From positions 126,048,001 through 126,112,000 of the forward strand of contig NC_058368.1 in the NCBI RefSeq assembly GCF_018350175.1: a stretch of DNA of 64,000 bases, given 5' to 3'. The notes beneath the pieces are model-generated. The model saw only the letters and a program-made list of their open reading frames with translations, searched no databases and had not been told where the DNA came from. This stretch comes from Felis catus. Its lineage: Eukaryota. Below are positions 48,966 through 61,468 of the stretch, piece after piece. Numbering within the stretch: the first letter of the stretch is position 1; every line of letters begins with the position of its first letter. The position numbers and the translations under genes were made by a program.

Positions 48966-51900
48966 GCTCCAGACAATACTTATTTTGTTCTTAGACCATG
49001 AGCTCTTCTATGGTAGAAACTCTCATAATATTTCTGAAACTCTGACAGCACTAGCACAGGCTTAAGTGTATAGCAGGATGTCAGTGCAAACACTAAATGG
49101 GCGCGTTTGGCACAAGCACGACCTTGAAGAAAAATGGTGTCCTAAGGAATGCAAATAGCCCCAGGTTTGGTTTAGTAACATGAATCAAGTGGTTTTACAG
49201 CAAGCTGAAGAATCTATTGCAAAAGTTTTTATTTTGTGCCTTTAAGGGATGTTCAGTATGTTGGGAAATTTTTGGGAATTCCTTCCACTGGTTTTGGAAA
49301 GAGGACTATGGTCACCTCCATCAACAAGGCACCGAGCTAAAACAATGTAGCCAGGAGAAACCAGTGCCTATAACCACAATGTTTACATAGTTTCCACATC
49401 CAACCAATTGTCCCTAACATAATTTCAAATAATGCTACTTAATGGAGCGGTCTGTGGTTGAGTCCAAATCTCTGTGAGCCTCCTACCCTCAGCCAGCCCT
49501 CTGGGGAAACTGAAGATCACAGAGCCCTGCCCCAGTATGAAATTCCAGAGCACTTAAACTTGTGTCTAATGATACTAATTAAGGATTAAAAAGGGCTCTT
49601 CAGTGCACACAGATGATGCATTTTATTGGCCATGTAGCGCCTATCATTTCTTAGAGCATCTTCTAGTATAAAGTGCCCTAAGTCTGTGCCTAGCTCAGAG
49701 GAGCACGGATGTGCTCAAACCTATTTGTCTGATATTCATGCACTTTGTGCTCATGTGTGGGGCTGTCCCTTAGATACTACCGCTTTAGGTGAATTGGCTA
49801 AGCTCAGACTTGGATAAGCAGACAATGTGAAGGAAAGAGGCAAGGTGTCACTGCTGAAAAGCAGTGACTTTGGGCTAAGATAAGGCCTGTAGAAAACCCC
49901 AGGCAATGAAGAGGCACGTGGGAATATTTCCTGGCCCAGTGTATACATCCTGCTTTGTTTCTGAATATGGTGCTTGGCACGGGATAGGTGTTTGTGGGTT
50001 GGAGGAAGCTGTTTTTCAACTCACTGGCACAGGGTCCTTGTATAAAATGGGCATACAGCTGGGGCCAAGAATAAGCAGATTTATAAAGTTGGCAAAATCG
50101 TTAGAGTTATTCTTATCAAACCCTAGTCTTTGCCCAGCCCACTTGTTCTTTTATTCTTTCCATGCAGCTCACTGGATCTGGGTGCAGTTTTTTCATATAG
50201 CAGAATCTACCCCTCTGACTTCCCACCTGCGGTCTTCTAGAGTCTTGTCAGGGTGAAACTTTTCCTGTTTGCCAATGTCCCATCCCCTCTACATTATGCT
50301 CTGGCTACATTGCCAGTCTGACACCTGAGCTGCCCAAGTCTTATGCCTCTCTGCACACCCCACAGAGTAGTGAAGGATGGTCTGAAATGGTCATCCCTCA
50401 GCTTTGCGGACAGGTAGGGCCTGGGGTATGCAAGCCACCCCCTCCCCCAACCTCACCCCACACAGCTTCTAGGTACAAGGAACTTCTGTTCACCCCAGCA
50501 AGTCATATGTCTAGTGTCATTTTCTGTGAGTGCCATGAGTGAGAAGATTCAGAAGGCGTAGTTAATTGCTGCCAATATGATCACTGGATGTGAGTGCCTT
50601 CTGGCAGTAATTTTTAGTCTTTGATGTGCATCAAATGTACTGACTGAGCTTCTTAAAAATGTGTTGCCTATTTCCTAGCACTGAAATTCTAATTCGGTCA
50701 GTTTGGGGCTTGGGAATCGGCATTTTAATAAATTCTCTGCCCTATTTTTGTGAACACTGTATTTGTCAAGATAGACAAGGCATTTATAGCACATAATCCC
50801 CAAACTTGGAAGGTTTCCAGCACAGTTTGGCATATGTGTACAGGACAGAGGTGGGGGGAATCACAGATGAATAAACTGAGACCCAGTGAGGTGGACTTTC
50901 TCAAAATCACAGAAGTTACAAGGATACAATCCTCATTCTTCATCCAAAACTTTTCCCACTCTTCCATACTACATACCTTCTTCAAGCTTTCACATGAGTT
51001 AAGAGAGATTTGTTCCCTGTTGGAACCCTGACATACTAGGAAAATAGGTGTGGGGTGGGGAGGGGAGTCAGGACTGGGAGGAAGGTAGAGAAGAGGCAGT
51101 CAGTTTTACTGAAAAGTGCCAGGTGAGTTTTGTATTACCTCTCTCTAGTGTATCAAAGAGTTTTTAAATTTGGGGATTAAGCATCTTAACATATTATAAA
51201 ATCATAACATTTGTTTTGGGGAGAGATATTTTAGGTTATTAAATGACCTGGCTGATGAGAATGTTGAGTTCCCTGAATAACTCCAAATCATGAGAGAGCT
51301 ACAACTAAAACCTAACTTGGTTAAGGTCAGTGGCCTTTCTGCTACTTTGCCTTTCTGTGTCCTTGGTATTCTTTCCTGGCATGAAATAAGGATCCCAGGA
51401 AACAAAACTCATTATGATTCACTTTTGAGAAAACAGCACTTTTCTGCCCAGCAAAATCATCTCCTCGGCTGTTACTTCTCTCCATGGCTTCACAGGTTCT
51501 TCTTCTAGTGGTCTTATAGGTTCCAATAAGGGCCAGGGGACTCTTGGCATTGGTTACAAACCAACAGGTAACATGGCAGCGGTAGGTTCTTGATACATGG
51601 TTGACCGTGGGTTGAATAATAGAGAATCTGCAGGAGAGAATTAATGATCTCCATAGACTCTTCTACTGCATATTGCATTAGTCAGGATAAGTTAGTATTA
51701 GGTGGCAAGCAAAAGATTTTGATCTTTATTTTATATACCAGTAGTAACATATCGAGGTATTTTTTTTGTTAAATCTTGGACAACTCACTGAAGTTTAATA
51801 TTCTGTAATCCCATTCAGGACCTAAACTGTATTATTTAGCTCTTTAGACCTAGAACAGAGCCTGGTAAATAAGCCCAGTTGAATGAATGACCATCGTCCC

Positions 51901-52229
51901 CTTTCCAACTTCCACACCGTCCCCTTTCCTTTCTTCTCCATACACTCTCAGGGGCCCTCAATCGCTTGTCATATATCCTGTGGGTGTCACAGAGCTGAGT
52001 GGCCCAGCAGTGTTTGTCCATACACACAAAGGCCACTACTCCATAGGAGAATTCAGACAAAAGATTCAGACACGGAATCTGTGTCATGGCAGCTAGCACT
52101 AAAGAGATGTTCTACACCAGAGTTCTTGGAAGTCATTCTTTCCAAAGGCAGCGTGGTCCACATCAAGCTTTGCAGTGCTTCTTGGATCCTATGTCCAGTC
52201 CCCTTTCTATTACCCTCTTCCAACTCAAG

Positions 52230-52260
<31 letters not shown>

Positions 52261-53943
52261 CTTTGTCACTCCTGGTGTATACATACGTCATTAGCAACCT
52301 CTCACTGTGGCAGGAACCGCTTTCATCTATGAATAGATTTTAACAGCCTCCTTCAAGCTTCCTCTCAGGGCTGCACTGACTCAGCTACCCTGGGAACAGG
52401 GAGTGCTTTGACTGACAGCGAGTTTTCCCATTCTAAAGTGTGATGATGGGAGGGTGAGAGGTGCAAGAAGGCTGGTCCAAAGGAAGCCTTCCTGAAACAA
52501 TAAATCCACCCCAGCAACCTAAGAGGCAGAGTCGAAAGACGATGAGCAGCTGGAGAGCTATTGTGGGTTGCTGTGGATGAAGTGATAATTCGGGATATGA
52601 ACTTACTGATTAAAAAAAAAAAGACAACTTTCAGGTTTGGGCTTTGATCTAAAGATTAAAAAGAAAGTGCCTCCCCCGAGAAAGGATATTTAGAGAGCCA
52701 ATTTGCAAGTAGCTAAGCTGGGGGAAAGAGGATTTCCAGAAGGCAAATCCAGGTCATCTGTTCACAAGTGATGGGTGCTCTGGCTCTCACCCTGAATTCA
52801 CAGCTACTGCCTTTAATTAGTGACAGGACACAGTCACCACAGTGGCCAGCTGCAAAGCTTTCCTCTGTAGGCTTCCACAGACAAGAAGGACCATTTGTGG
52901 CTCAAGCATCCAGAATGTGTGGGAACAAACTTAGCTTGAGCCTTATGTGGGATGAAACCAGCCAAAGAGGTTTTTCCAGAAAGAGGTAACCTCATGGCTG
53001 TTTATTAATAGGACGGTGGATTCACCCAGTAGAAATGTTTGGTGGTGTCTGCTTAATTATTCTCAGGCAGTTATTATTGCAATTAGGAACCTGCTACATT
53101 GCAAAACCTTGTCTAGACTAGTATTAAAAAGAACCTGTTTGTGATTGTTTTTTTGTTGGAGAGAGCAGGTAAACAGTTCAACCTAGAGTCTCACTCCAGG
53201 GTTTACTCAGTGTCTCTCCCTGTCTTTCTCTCTCTCTCTCTCTCTGTCTCTCTGAACTTAGACTACAGCCTCTTTTGGCTTTTAATGAAGCAAAGGGGCA
53301 GATCAAAATGCAACTGCATGGAATGCTCCCTTCACACTACTAGCCCTTAGCTCCAGCGTGTAACATGCATATTAGTGAATATGTTTGGTGTTCCTATAAA
53401 CAATGACTGTTTAGGTTTTGGTTTTTGTTTTATTTAGCTGGAGGCTTAGTCCAGAAACAAACTGGAATGAGAGGAGGAGCTTCAGAAAGAGTCAGGTGGG
53501 GCTCAGAAGGACAGTAATGGGAAGATAACCATGTCCCAAAATGCCACTTCCTCCTAACACCTCCACAGTTAACACTTCTCCCTCTTGAAATCCCCTCTGC
53601 CTCACATTCTATGTATCGCCATCTCTGGAGGTTTCTCCTCTCTCTTGCAATGATCCTTCTTTGTTTCTTGATCTTCACCCACAGCCACACTTAAAATTAG
53701 TTCCTCTGTTTTTCTGAAGTCAATACTAAATGGAGATTTAAATTCACCTTCTTAACCCTGTGCTGTCTTTTTTCTTCTCTGAAAGGTCTTAGCATTTTAC
53801 ATCTGTTCCACTCATCTGTGTCCTTAACTATGTGGATCCTCGAGTTGTTACTTAACAGTTTGATGGATGTACATTCTCTTCCTAATTATATCTTGAGTAC
53901 TTGACAACAGTGACATAATCAGGAGTCTGCCATTAACATGTTT

Positions 53944-54017
53944 AAAAAAGTATCTCCAAACTACAAATATTCCTTAAAGGCCTCTAAGGAATATTTGTAG
54001 TTTGGAGATACTTTTTT
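53944..54017. repeat. 74-bp near-perfect DNA palindrome
   Basis: 33-bp arms at 53944-53976 and 53985-54017 are exact reverse complements. The centre is A-AGGCCT-C, giving one mismatch and no spacer. Confidence 0.98.
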
Positions 54018-54836
54018 TATAGTTGATAAAATTGATTTTTTGAGTAGTTGTAGGTTTGCAAAAAATTTCACTGGAGAGTACATAGTTTCTATGTACTATT
54101 CCCACCCTTGCTGCCAAAATGCTCCCCCTCCCAGTTTCTTCTGTGACTTTGCATTTTACATCAGCCAAGTACATGTGTTGCAGTTGATGAGCCAATATTG
54201 ATGCAATATTATTAACTTAAGTCTGTATTTTACATTAAGGTTCATTCTTCTGGTTGTACATTTTATATATTTTGACACTGTGTAATATCATGCATTTCCC
54301 ATTACAGAATCCTACAGAATAGCTTCAGTGACATAGAAGTCTCCAATGTTCCACCAGTCCATCCTTCCCATTGTACCACATCCCTCCACTTGCCAAACCT
54401 GGGCAGCCATCGACCTTTGTACTGTCTCTGAAGTTCCCAGATAGTTGGAATTGTACAGTATATAGTCTTTCAGTCTGTTTTCTTTCCCTTTAGGAATATG
54501 CACTTCATGTCTTTTATAGTTTGAGAGCTCATTTCTTTTTATTATTGAATAATATCCATTGTTAGAATGCACCATGTTTTATCTACCCACCTATTGAAGG
54601 GCACCTTGGTTCCTTCTACATTTTGGCAACTATGGATAAAGCTGCTATAAACATTCATGTGCAGCTTCCTGTGTGGACCTGTGTTTTCGAATTATTTGGG
54701 TAAACATCAAAAAGTGCATTTGCTGGTTCATATGGTATGAGTATGTTCCATTTTTTAAGAACCTGCCAAACTGTCTTCAAAGTGGCAGTACCATTTTGTA
54801 TTCCTGCCAGCAATGAATGAAAATTCTGATTGCTTC
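54012..54836 (-). mobile_element. L1MC-type 3' fragment
   Basis: TTGATGAGCCAATATTGAT...GATAAAGCTGCTATAAACATTCATGTGCAG...CTGCCAAACTGTCTTCAAAGTGGC. Confidence 0.85.
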
Positions 54837-56238
54837 GATGATCTTTTAAAACTGGCTTTTGGTAGGCAGAAAATATAAAGGAGGTATATTTATGGCAGGC
54901 AATTAATACAGAGTCACCTGTCCTTACCTTTAGATTGGCCTGCAGTAAATTATGAGGGGTACTGGATGGTGAGTGGATATGGAAACAGGCAGAGCAGGAT
55001 GCTACTTATCAGCTATGGTAAAAAACACATTACTTAACCTGAGTTCACTTCTTCTTAAACATTCAGACAACAGTACCAACTTCCTCAGACTCTAGTAAAT
55101 ATATTAAACAAGATAATGCATCAGAGAACACACATCATGCATCCTCAAAAGATGGTTTCCATAGCAGCTATGGGGACTAAACTAATATTGACTGAAATTT
55201 TTGTAAGATACGATAATACTCCCTGTATTCCGAGTTCCTTTAACATAATTGTACCGTCCTGTGACTAAAACAAGAAAACGATGTCAGTATTTTTAATAGC
55301 AGTGGAATGTTCCAGCTACTGTTTTCACCTGGGGAAAAAATTGAGGGGCTGGAAACGTCATTCCAAGTCCTTGACTTATGTAGACCTCACACTTGAACAT
55401 AGGGCTGCACACCTCTGAGTGCTTGCCTCATCTTGGCCAAATCTCAGCAAGTGAGGTCACTGTGAGAATGGGCATGTAAGTGGATCCTCTTGATTCTCTC
55501 TCATGTGAGCCTCTCTGACCATGAGCTTTTCCTCTGAGAAAAACAGCAGCATCTTTCAACTATCACTTAAGTGTGGCCTGTGTAGAGGTCAAAAACTGCA
55601 ATCACCCTAGAATATTTTTACTCATCTTTGTGTACTTACACAGGAAATATCACTGATCCGTGAGACTGTCATGAAATGCTCATGTGGTGGGTCGTATTTT
55701 CATAATTTCTATTGCTTTGCCATATATGTATGGCAAAGTATGTGTGTTTGTCTTGTCTGAAGGCTAATTTCTTGTAAACTATTTTAAATATATTTCAGAC
55801 CCTGCTTCTCTGGCCCTAAGCTAATAGTTATCCTAGTTTTATCTACTGAATGCAATTCCAAGGGTAAAAACAGCCATTGGCCCTCAGCCCCTTATTCTGT
55901 ATGACTACCTTCGTCTGCTGATTTCCAATTAAGGAAGAGCTGAGAGAAACTGAATCTAATAAGGGTGTTTTATTGTGCAGGTGGGCCAGGTTTCCATTTT
56001 GATCGTTGCTATATATATGACTACTCTTTCGATTACTGCTTTGCTGCTACCATATGACTTAGCACTGTGCTGGGAGGGAAGTGATAAGTGAAGACTAGAA
56101 ATTAAGATTTAAAGATTAGAAAGAAAGTCATGATTTCTTTACTTTCAGGGGCTTATTCCTATGAACAAATTGTGGTTCAGTGACTAGTGGAGAAACTTAC
56201 TGATTGACCTCTTATTACCAAGAAATTATTGACATATT

Positions 56239-56448
56239 CTTTTTTTCCCAGTGTTTGTTTATTTTTGAGAGAGAGCAGGAGAGTGCACTCAAGTGGGTGA
56301 GGGGTAGAGGGAGACACAGAATCCAAAGCAGGCCCCAGGCTCTAAGCTGTCAGCACAGAGCCTGATGCGGGGCTTGAACCCATGAGCGATGAGATTCATG
56401 ACCTGAGCCAAGTCAGGCACTTAACTGACTGAGCTACCCAGGCGCCCC
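56239..56448 (-). mobile_element. Can-SINE
   Basis: TSD ATTATTG[A/G]CATATT at 56225-56238 and 56449-56462. Confidence 0.95.
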
Positions 56449-57361
56449 ATTATTGGCATATTGTTAATCCATGTATAGACCTAGTGTTGTGACTGTTAGA
56501 GAACCCCAGTATAGGTGAGCTAGAGAGGGGTGAAGTTGTTTTAACGATAGTTTCATTTGGAGGAGAATGTGAGCTTTAACATTTTAAAAATTCCATATTG
56601 AATCTATAAAGGCCAATATGTAGAAATTGTATGTTAGGCTATATGGTATGGAATTAAGATGGGTCACATTTCAGCAGGAGAATTAAAAGAATTCTCTTAC
56701 TATATTATTTACTGAAAGATGGATGTTTTGGAATCAAAGCTCCGACACAGTTTTAAGACTAAAGAAGATTTTTGATTTGAGAACACATACTTTTTTGTTT
56801 TCTAAAGGTAACAGAACTGTGAGTTGGATCATGGTTTAAATGTTTATGTTTCCACTAAGTAATATGTAAACTGAGGCAATTAAACCATATAGTTCCCACT
56901 CATGATCCATATTTCCATTTACAGACAGATTATAATAGCTAGATTCCATTTCATTTCCTGAGATAATATAGTATTAGCTATGTTAATAGTTCTATTTTGA
57001 CAAGATCAGTATTAATGCTGGTTTTCTCCTGGGCTCTGGGAGTGAGGTTAGATAATTGAGGTATCACTGGACTAGCTGTTAAGATTTCTCTTGGTGTGAG
57101 TAATCAAGAAAGTAGAAATAATGGAGGATAGTCACCTGATTACATTTTTCCTTTTGAAAACATAACATTGTAAGATTATTTCCAGGCTTGATGTTTGGCT
57201 TATGTTCACATAGGTGGCTGCATTGCTTGTCAGAAATACAGAAATACTTCAATAGAAATTAAATTGGTCAATAGTTACTACCTCAGGCTCCTTGAATGCC
57301 CTTCTAGAACCTTAATGGACTCAGAGCCTCTCCTGGACCCTCCCTTGACCAAATTCTTCAC

Positions 57362-57850
57362 TATAGTAGATTTTTTAGTAAAAATGGTCACAATCACTTT
57401 GTTCTCTATGCCCACAGCCCTTTGCAATAGGACTTTGGGTTTTCCCATCAAGAGGTAAAGTCTCTTTTTTCACTTCTTGAATTTGGACTGGTCTTGGGAC
57501 AGGATTTCACCAACAAAATGCAATATAAATGATATTGTACAAATTATAAATCTAGGCCTAAACAGATCTTGTGCACATCTGGTCTCTCAGAAACATACTC
57601 TGGAGTCATAAGAACAAGCCCAAAATACTCTGGCGAAAGATGAGAAGCCACATGGAACAGAGAGGAAGCCATCTCAGATCAGTCTGAAATGGCAGTTAAC
57701 CTTGCATCTGGGAGTTAGCTTGGGTAAGAGCAGAAGAATAATCCAGCTGAACATAGCCCAAATTACTGACCCTCAGATATGTGAACTAAATAGATGGTCA
57801 TAATTATCTTAAGCCACTAGGCTTAAATGTTATGTGGGAACATATATTGA
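57362..57850 (+). mobile_element. MLT1 (G/H-like) LTR
   Basis: CCCATCAAGAGGTAAAGTCTC...CTTGAATTTGGACTGG...TCTAGGCCTAAA...TTAAGCCACTAG. Confidence 0.7.
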
Positions 57851-58367
57851 AAATTTATAAGATTACATATAATTTATAATATTATCTACACAGAAATAGG
57901 TAAATAATATACCAACAGTCCAATATATAGGGAGTAAGAAATAGGGAATAGCAGGAATAGCAGAAATTTGCCATGCCAAGACCATTCTCTGTTTTGATTC
58001 ATTGATATCAATCGTGTAGCAATAATTTTATTAGGAAAGTATGAGATTTTCCATTTTTTAAATTCTATATGGAATCTACAAAGGCCAGTAAGTAACAATT
58101 ATACTTCAGGCTATACAATATAAAAAGATGTGTCACATTCTACCAGAGTCTGAGAGGATCCTCTTGCTATAATACTTACAGACCTAGCTGTCACTGATTT
58201 AATTTATTAATTGTAATTAGACACTGATACAAAAAGAAATCATTTGATACTTTAGAGCATTTTTAAGTTTAAATTATTCATTAATATTTATTTTTAGTAG
58301 TCACTGTTTTTCTTACCAAGATTAAACAGAAAGGCTTTTCACTCACGTTAAAAATTTCTTTTTCAGT

Positions 58368-59940
58368 AAAACTGAGTAAAAAGACAAACAACCCACTTTT
58401 TAAATGGATAAAAGCACAATGAGCTGAAAACTTACGTGCACACAAAAATCTTCACATAGCTGTTTATAGCAGGTTTATTCATAATTATCAAAATGTAGAA
58501 GTAACCAAGATATTCTTCAGTAGTTGAATGAACTACTACAAACAAGCTACATTATATCCACATAGTGGAATATTATTCAGCATTGAAAAGAAATTGGTTG
58601 TCAAGTTCTGAAAAGGCACAGAGGAAACTTAAATGGGTATTATTAAATGAAAAAAGCCAATCTGAAATAGATACATATGTTCCATTTGGTTAGAACTCTA
58701 TGACATTCTGGAAAGGGCAAACCTATGGAGACAGTAAAATGACCAGTAGTTTTCAGATGTTTGTGGGGAGAGAAAGTTGAATAGATGGAACCCTGGAGGT
58801 TTTTAGGGAAGTGAGAATTTTTTGTGTGAACATGAAGAATGAAACCTAATGTAAACTATGGACTTTAGTTGATAGTAATATCACAGTGTAATACCGCAAT
58901 CATTAATTGTAACAAGTGAACCACACTGGTGTTGGATGGTGGGGGGGGCTGTGTGTAGGAAGAGGTAGTATATAGAAACTTTCTGTTCTATTTTTCTGTG
59001 AGCCTAAAAGCTACTCTAAAAAATAAAGTCTATATTTTTAAAAAATTGGATTAAAAAACTTGGATACTTAATAATGAACGGTCAATAAGCACATGAAAAA
59101 AATCATCAACAGTATTAGTCATCAGGGATACATTTTTTTTAATGTTTATTTCTGAGGGAGAGAGAAAGAGACAGAGTGCAAGTGGGAGGAGGGGCAGAGA
59201 GACAGGGAGACACAGAATCCGAAGCAGGCTCCAGGCTCTGAGGGGTCAGCGCAGAGCCTGATGTGGGGCTTGAACCCATGAGCTGTGAGATCATGACCTG
59301 AGCCGAAGTCAGACGCTTAACTGACTGAGCCACCCAGGTGCCCTGATCAGGGATGCAAATTTAAACTACAGTGACACATCACTACACCCACTAGAAGAAC
59401 TAATATTAAAAAGACTATCAATATCCATTGTTGGCAAGGATACAGATCACCTAGAATTTTTACACATTCCTAATGGGAGTGTAAAATTGTACAACTACAA
59501 TTTTTTATAAAGTTAAAACATTCATTCACCCAGAAATTCTACTCTTTAGTATTTACCCAGAAGAACTGAAACGTAAATAAAAAGTTGATAAAAAGATATG
59601 TGCATAACTGTTCATACCAACTTTATCCATAATAATCCCAAACTGGAAACAACCCAAATGTATACCAACTGGTGAATGGATAAATTAATTATGCTATATT
59701 CTTACAATAACTTTTCTTAAGCAATAATGTAAAATGAACTAAGTCAGGCCATGATGTGAATGAATCCTAATCATTATGCTGAGCAAAAGAAGCCAAACAC
59801 AAAACAGTACAGATTTCTGATTGCATTTATATGAAATTCTCTAACAGGCAAAACTAATCTGTAGCGATGGAAAAGAGGTCAGTGGTCATTTGGGGAATGG
59901 ATGAGAAGGAGAGATAAGAGACTGAATGCAAAGGGTGGAT
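58368..59940 (+). mobile_element. Ancient L1M 3' region interrupted by an L1MC-type fragment (about 58420-59045) and a SINE
   Basis: AAAAGACAAACAACCCA...AATGGATAAAAG resumes at about 59045 as AATTGGATTAAAAAACTTG...AATAAGCACATGAAAA. The inner element ends AAAATAAAGTCTAT. Confidence 0.75.
59132..59344 (-). mobile_element. Can-SINE nested in L1M
   Basis: TSD ATCAGGGAT[A/G]CA. Confidence 0.95.
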
Positions 59941-60178
59941 CTGAAAAAATGTACACCCTTCCTGATGTCAGATATCACTTCTAGGGATGGTAAAATATAT
60001 CCCATGCTCATGGTAATTATTGCTTATCAATTCTAGTACATTTTGCAACTTTTTAGGCATTCAGAGACAATGCTGTGAACCATCAAAGCTGGCCTAGTCC
60101 TTGAAAGTTTTGACTGTTCCAGACCAAGACCACCCCAGGCTATACCTACCAGATACATCTGTGCCCCAGAGCACACAG

Positions 60179-60355
60179 CAGGACTGGTTCTATTGACATG
60201 TGATATGCTCACTCACACAAAGCACTCTTGTTCACAAGGGCCCCATACTTGGCTTAATGCTCTCCTGTCACCATCCTGAAGTTATTAATAGATTTTTAAT
60301 AAGAGACCCCTCACTTCATGTTGTACTGGCCCTCCAAACTGCATAGCCTCTCCTG
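60179..60355. mobile_element. MER91A-like MITE, near full length
   Basis: CAGGACTGG...AAGGGCCCCATACTTGGCTTAATGCTCTCCTGTCACCATCCTGAA...TAGCCTCTCCTG. Confidence 0.7.
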
Positions 60356-60786
60356 GCAGCAAGCCTGTGAGTCATGAAGCCCCTGAAGTCGGTTCAACTT
60401 TAGTTTTTAGTCTGTAGTTTTTTCAAGATACAAAGATACGTGTTTTTAATGCTGTTCTTTTGCAGTATCAGGCTTTCGTCTTCAAGGCCAAAGCAGATAG
60501 GTGGAAGAATCTTTTGAGGAATAGACATTAGATTCTCTTTTGAGTGAGAAAGCAGTAATTACTACTTTGAATGGGTTTGATTTCTAAGTCTTCCTTTAGA
60601 CTCTTGTTTTCCCATGGGGCTTCTTGTAATGAGGCCATGACCTTCAACTACCTAGAAGTTTTTAAATATAGGATGAGGCATTTCCCTGGTGAACTCAGTT
60701 CACATTCTTCCTTTTGAATCCTGTCTCTTTCATATCTTTAACACTTGGATTAGCATAAAGTAAAATAAAAAATCTCTCTGTCCTGA

Positions 60787-61104
60787 TGTTATGGGCTGAA
60801 CTACATCCTCCAAAAATATGTCACAATCCTGAAGGTTACTTCAGGACCTGTGAATGTGACCTGATTTGCAGTTGACTCGATCAAGACACAGGGAGCAAAA
60901 TCTCTGCAAGAAAAGAAATGCCTGAGGCTACCAGAAGCTAAGAGACAGACATAGAATGTTCCTTCAGTGCCCTCAGAAGGAACCAACCCTACCAACACCT
61001 TGATCTCAGAAGTGTAGCCTCCAGAACTGAGAGACAGCACATTCCTGTTATTGAAGCCACCCAATCTGTGGTACTTTGCATGGCAACCCCAGCAAACTAA
61101 AGCA
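60787..61104 (+). mobile_element. MLT1 (B/C-like) solo LTR, internally deleted
   Basis: TGTTATGGGCTGAA...ACCTGTGAATGTGACC...GCCTCCAGAACTGAGAGAC...TGTGGTACTTTG...AAACTAAAGCA. Confidence 0.85.
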
Positions 61105-61329
61105 GCAATGAAATTGAAGGGCAGGAATGCATGATAATAGAAATCCCGGGTAAATTATAAGGTTTTCATTTAATTTCTCCATTATTTGCTCTTCTTACAC
61201 TCTTCTCCTTCTTACACCCGTCAGCATCCTTAGCACATTTTCCTTAGGTGATCACAAAGTTGTCTTCCGGCCAGAATCTCATGATGTAACCATCAAAATG
61301 TGGTCCACCTTCTGTCTACACTGAAGTCG

Positions 61330-61468
61330 CAAGGTATGCTTGTTTAAAACATAGGTTTCTAAGTCCCAGACCAGAACTACGGAATTAGATTCTTTGAGAA
61401 AGCCTGGCCCAGGAGACTTCATTTTCTGAAAGCTCTCCAGGTGATTCTGAAATAAACTAAAATTTGGT
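61330..61468. mobile_element. MER5A-like MITE fragment
   Basis: GCTTGTTTAAAACATAG...GGCCCAGGAGACTTCATTTT...AAGCTCTCCAGGTGATTCTGA. Confidence 0.6.

Noticed and set aside
51883..52332. 149-aa ORF
   Set aside because: No domain similarity; it is extended by the (CCT)n low-complexity tract.
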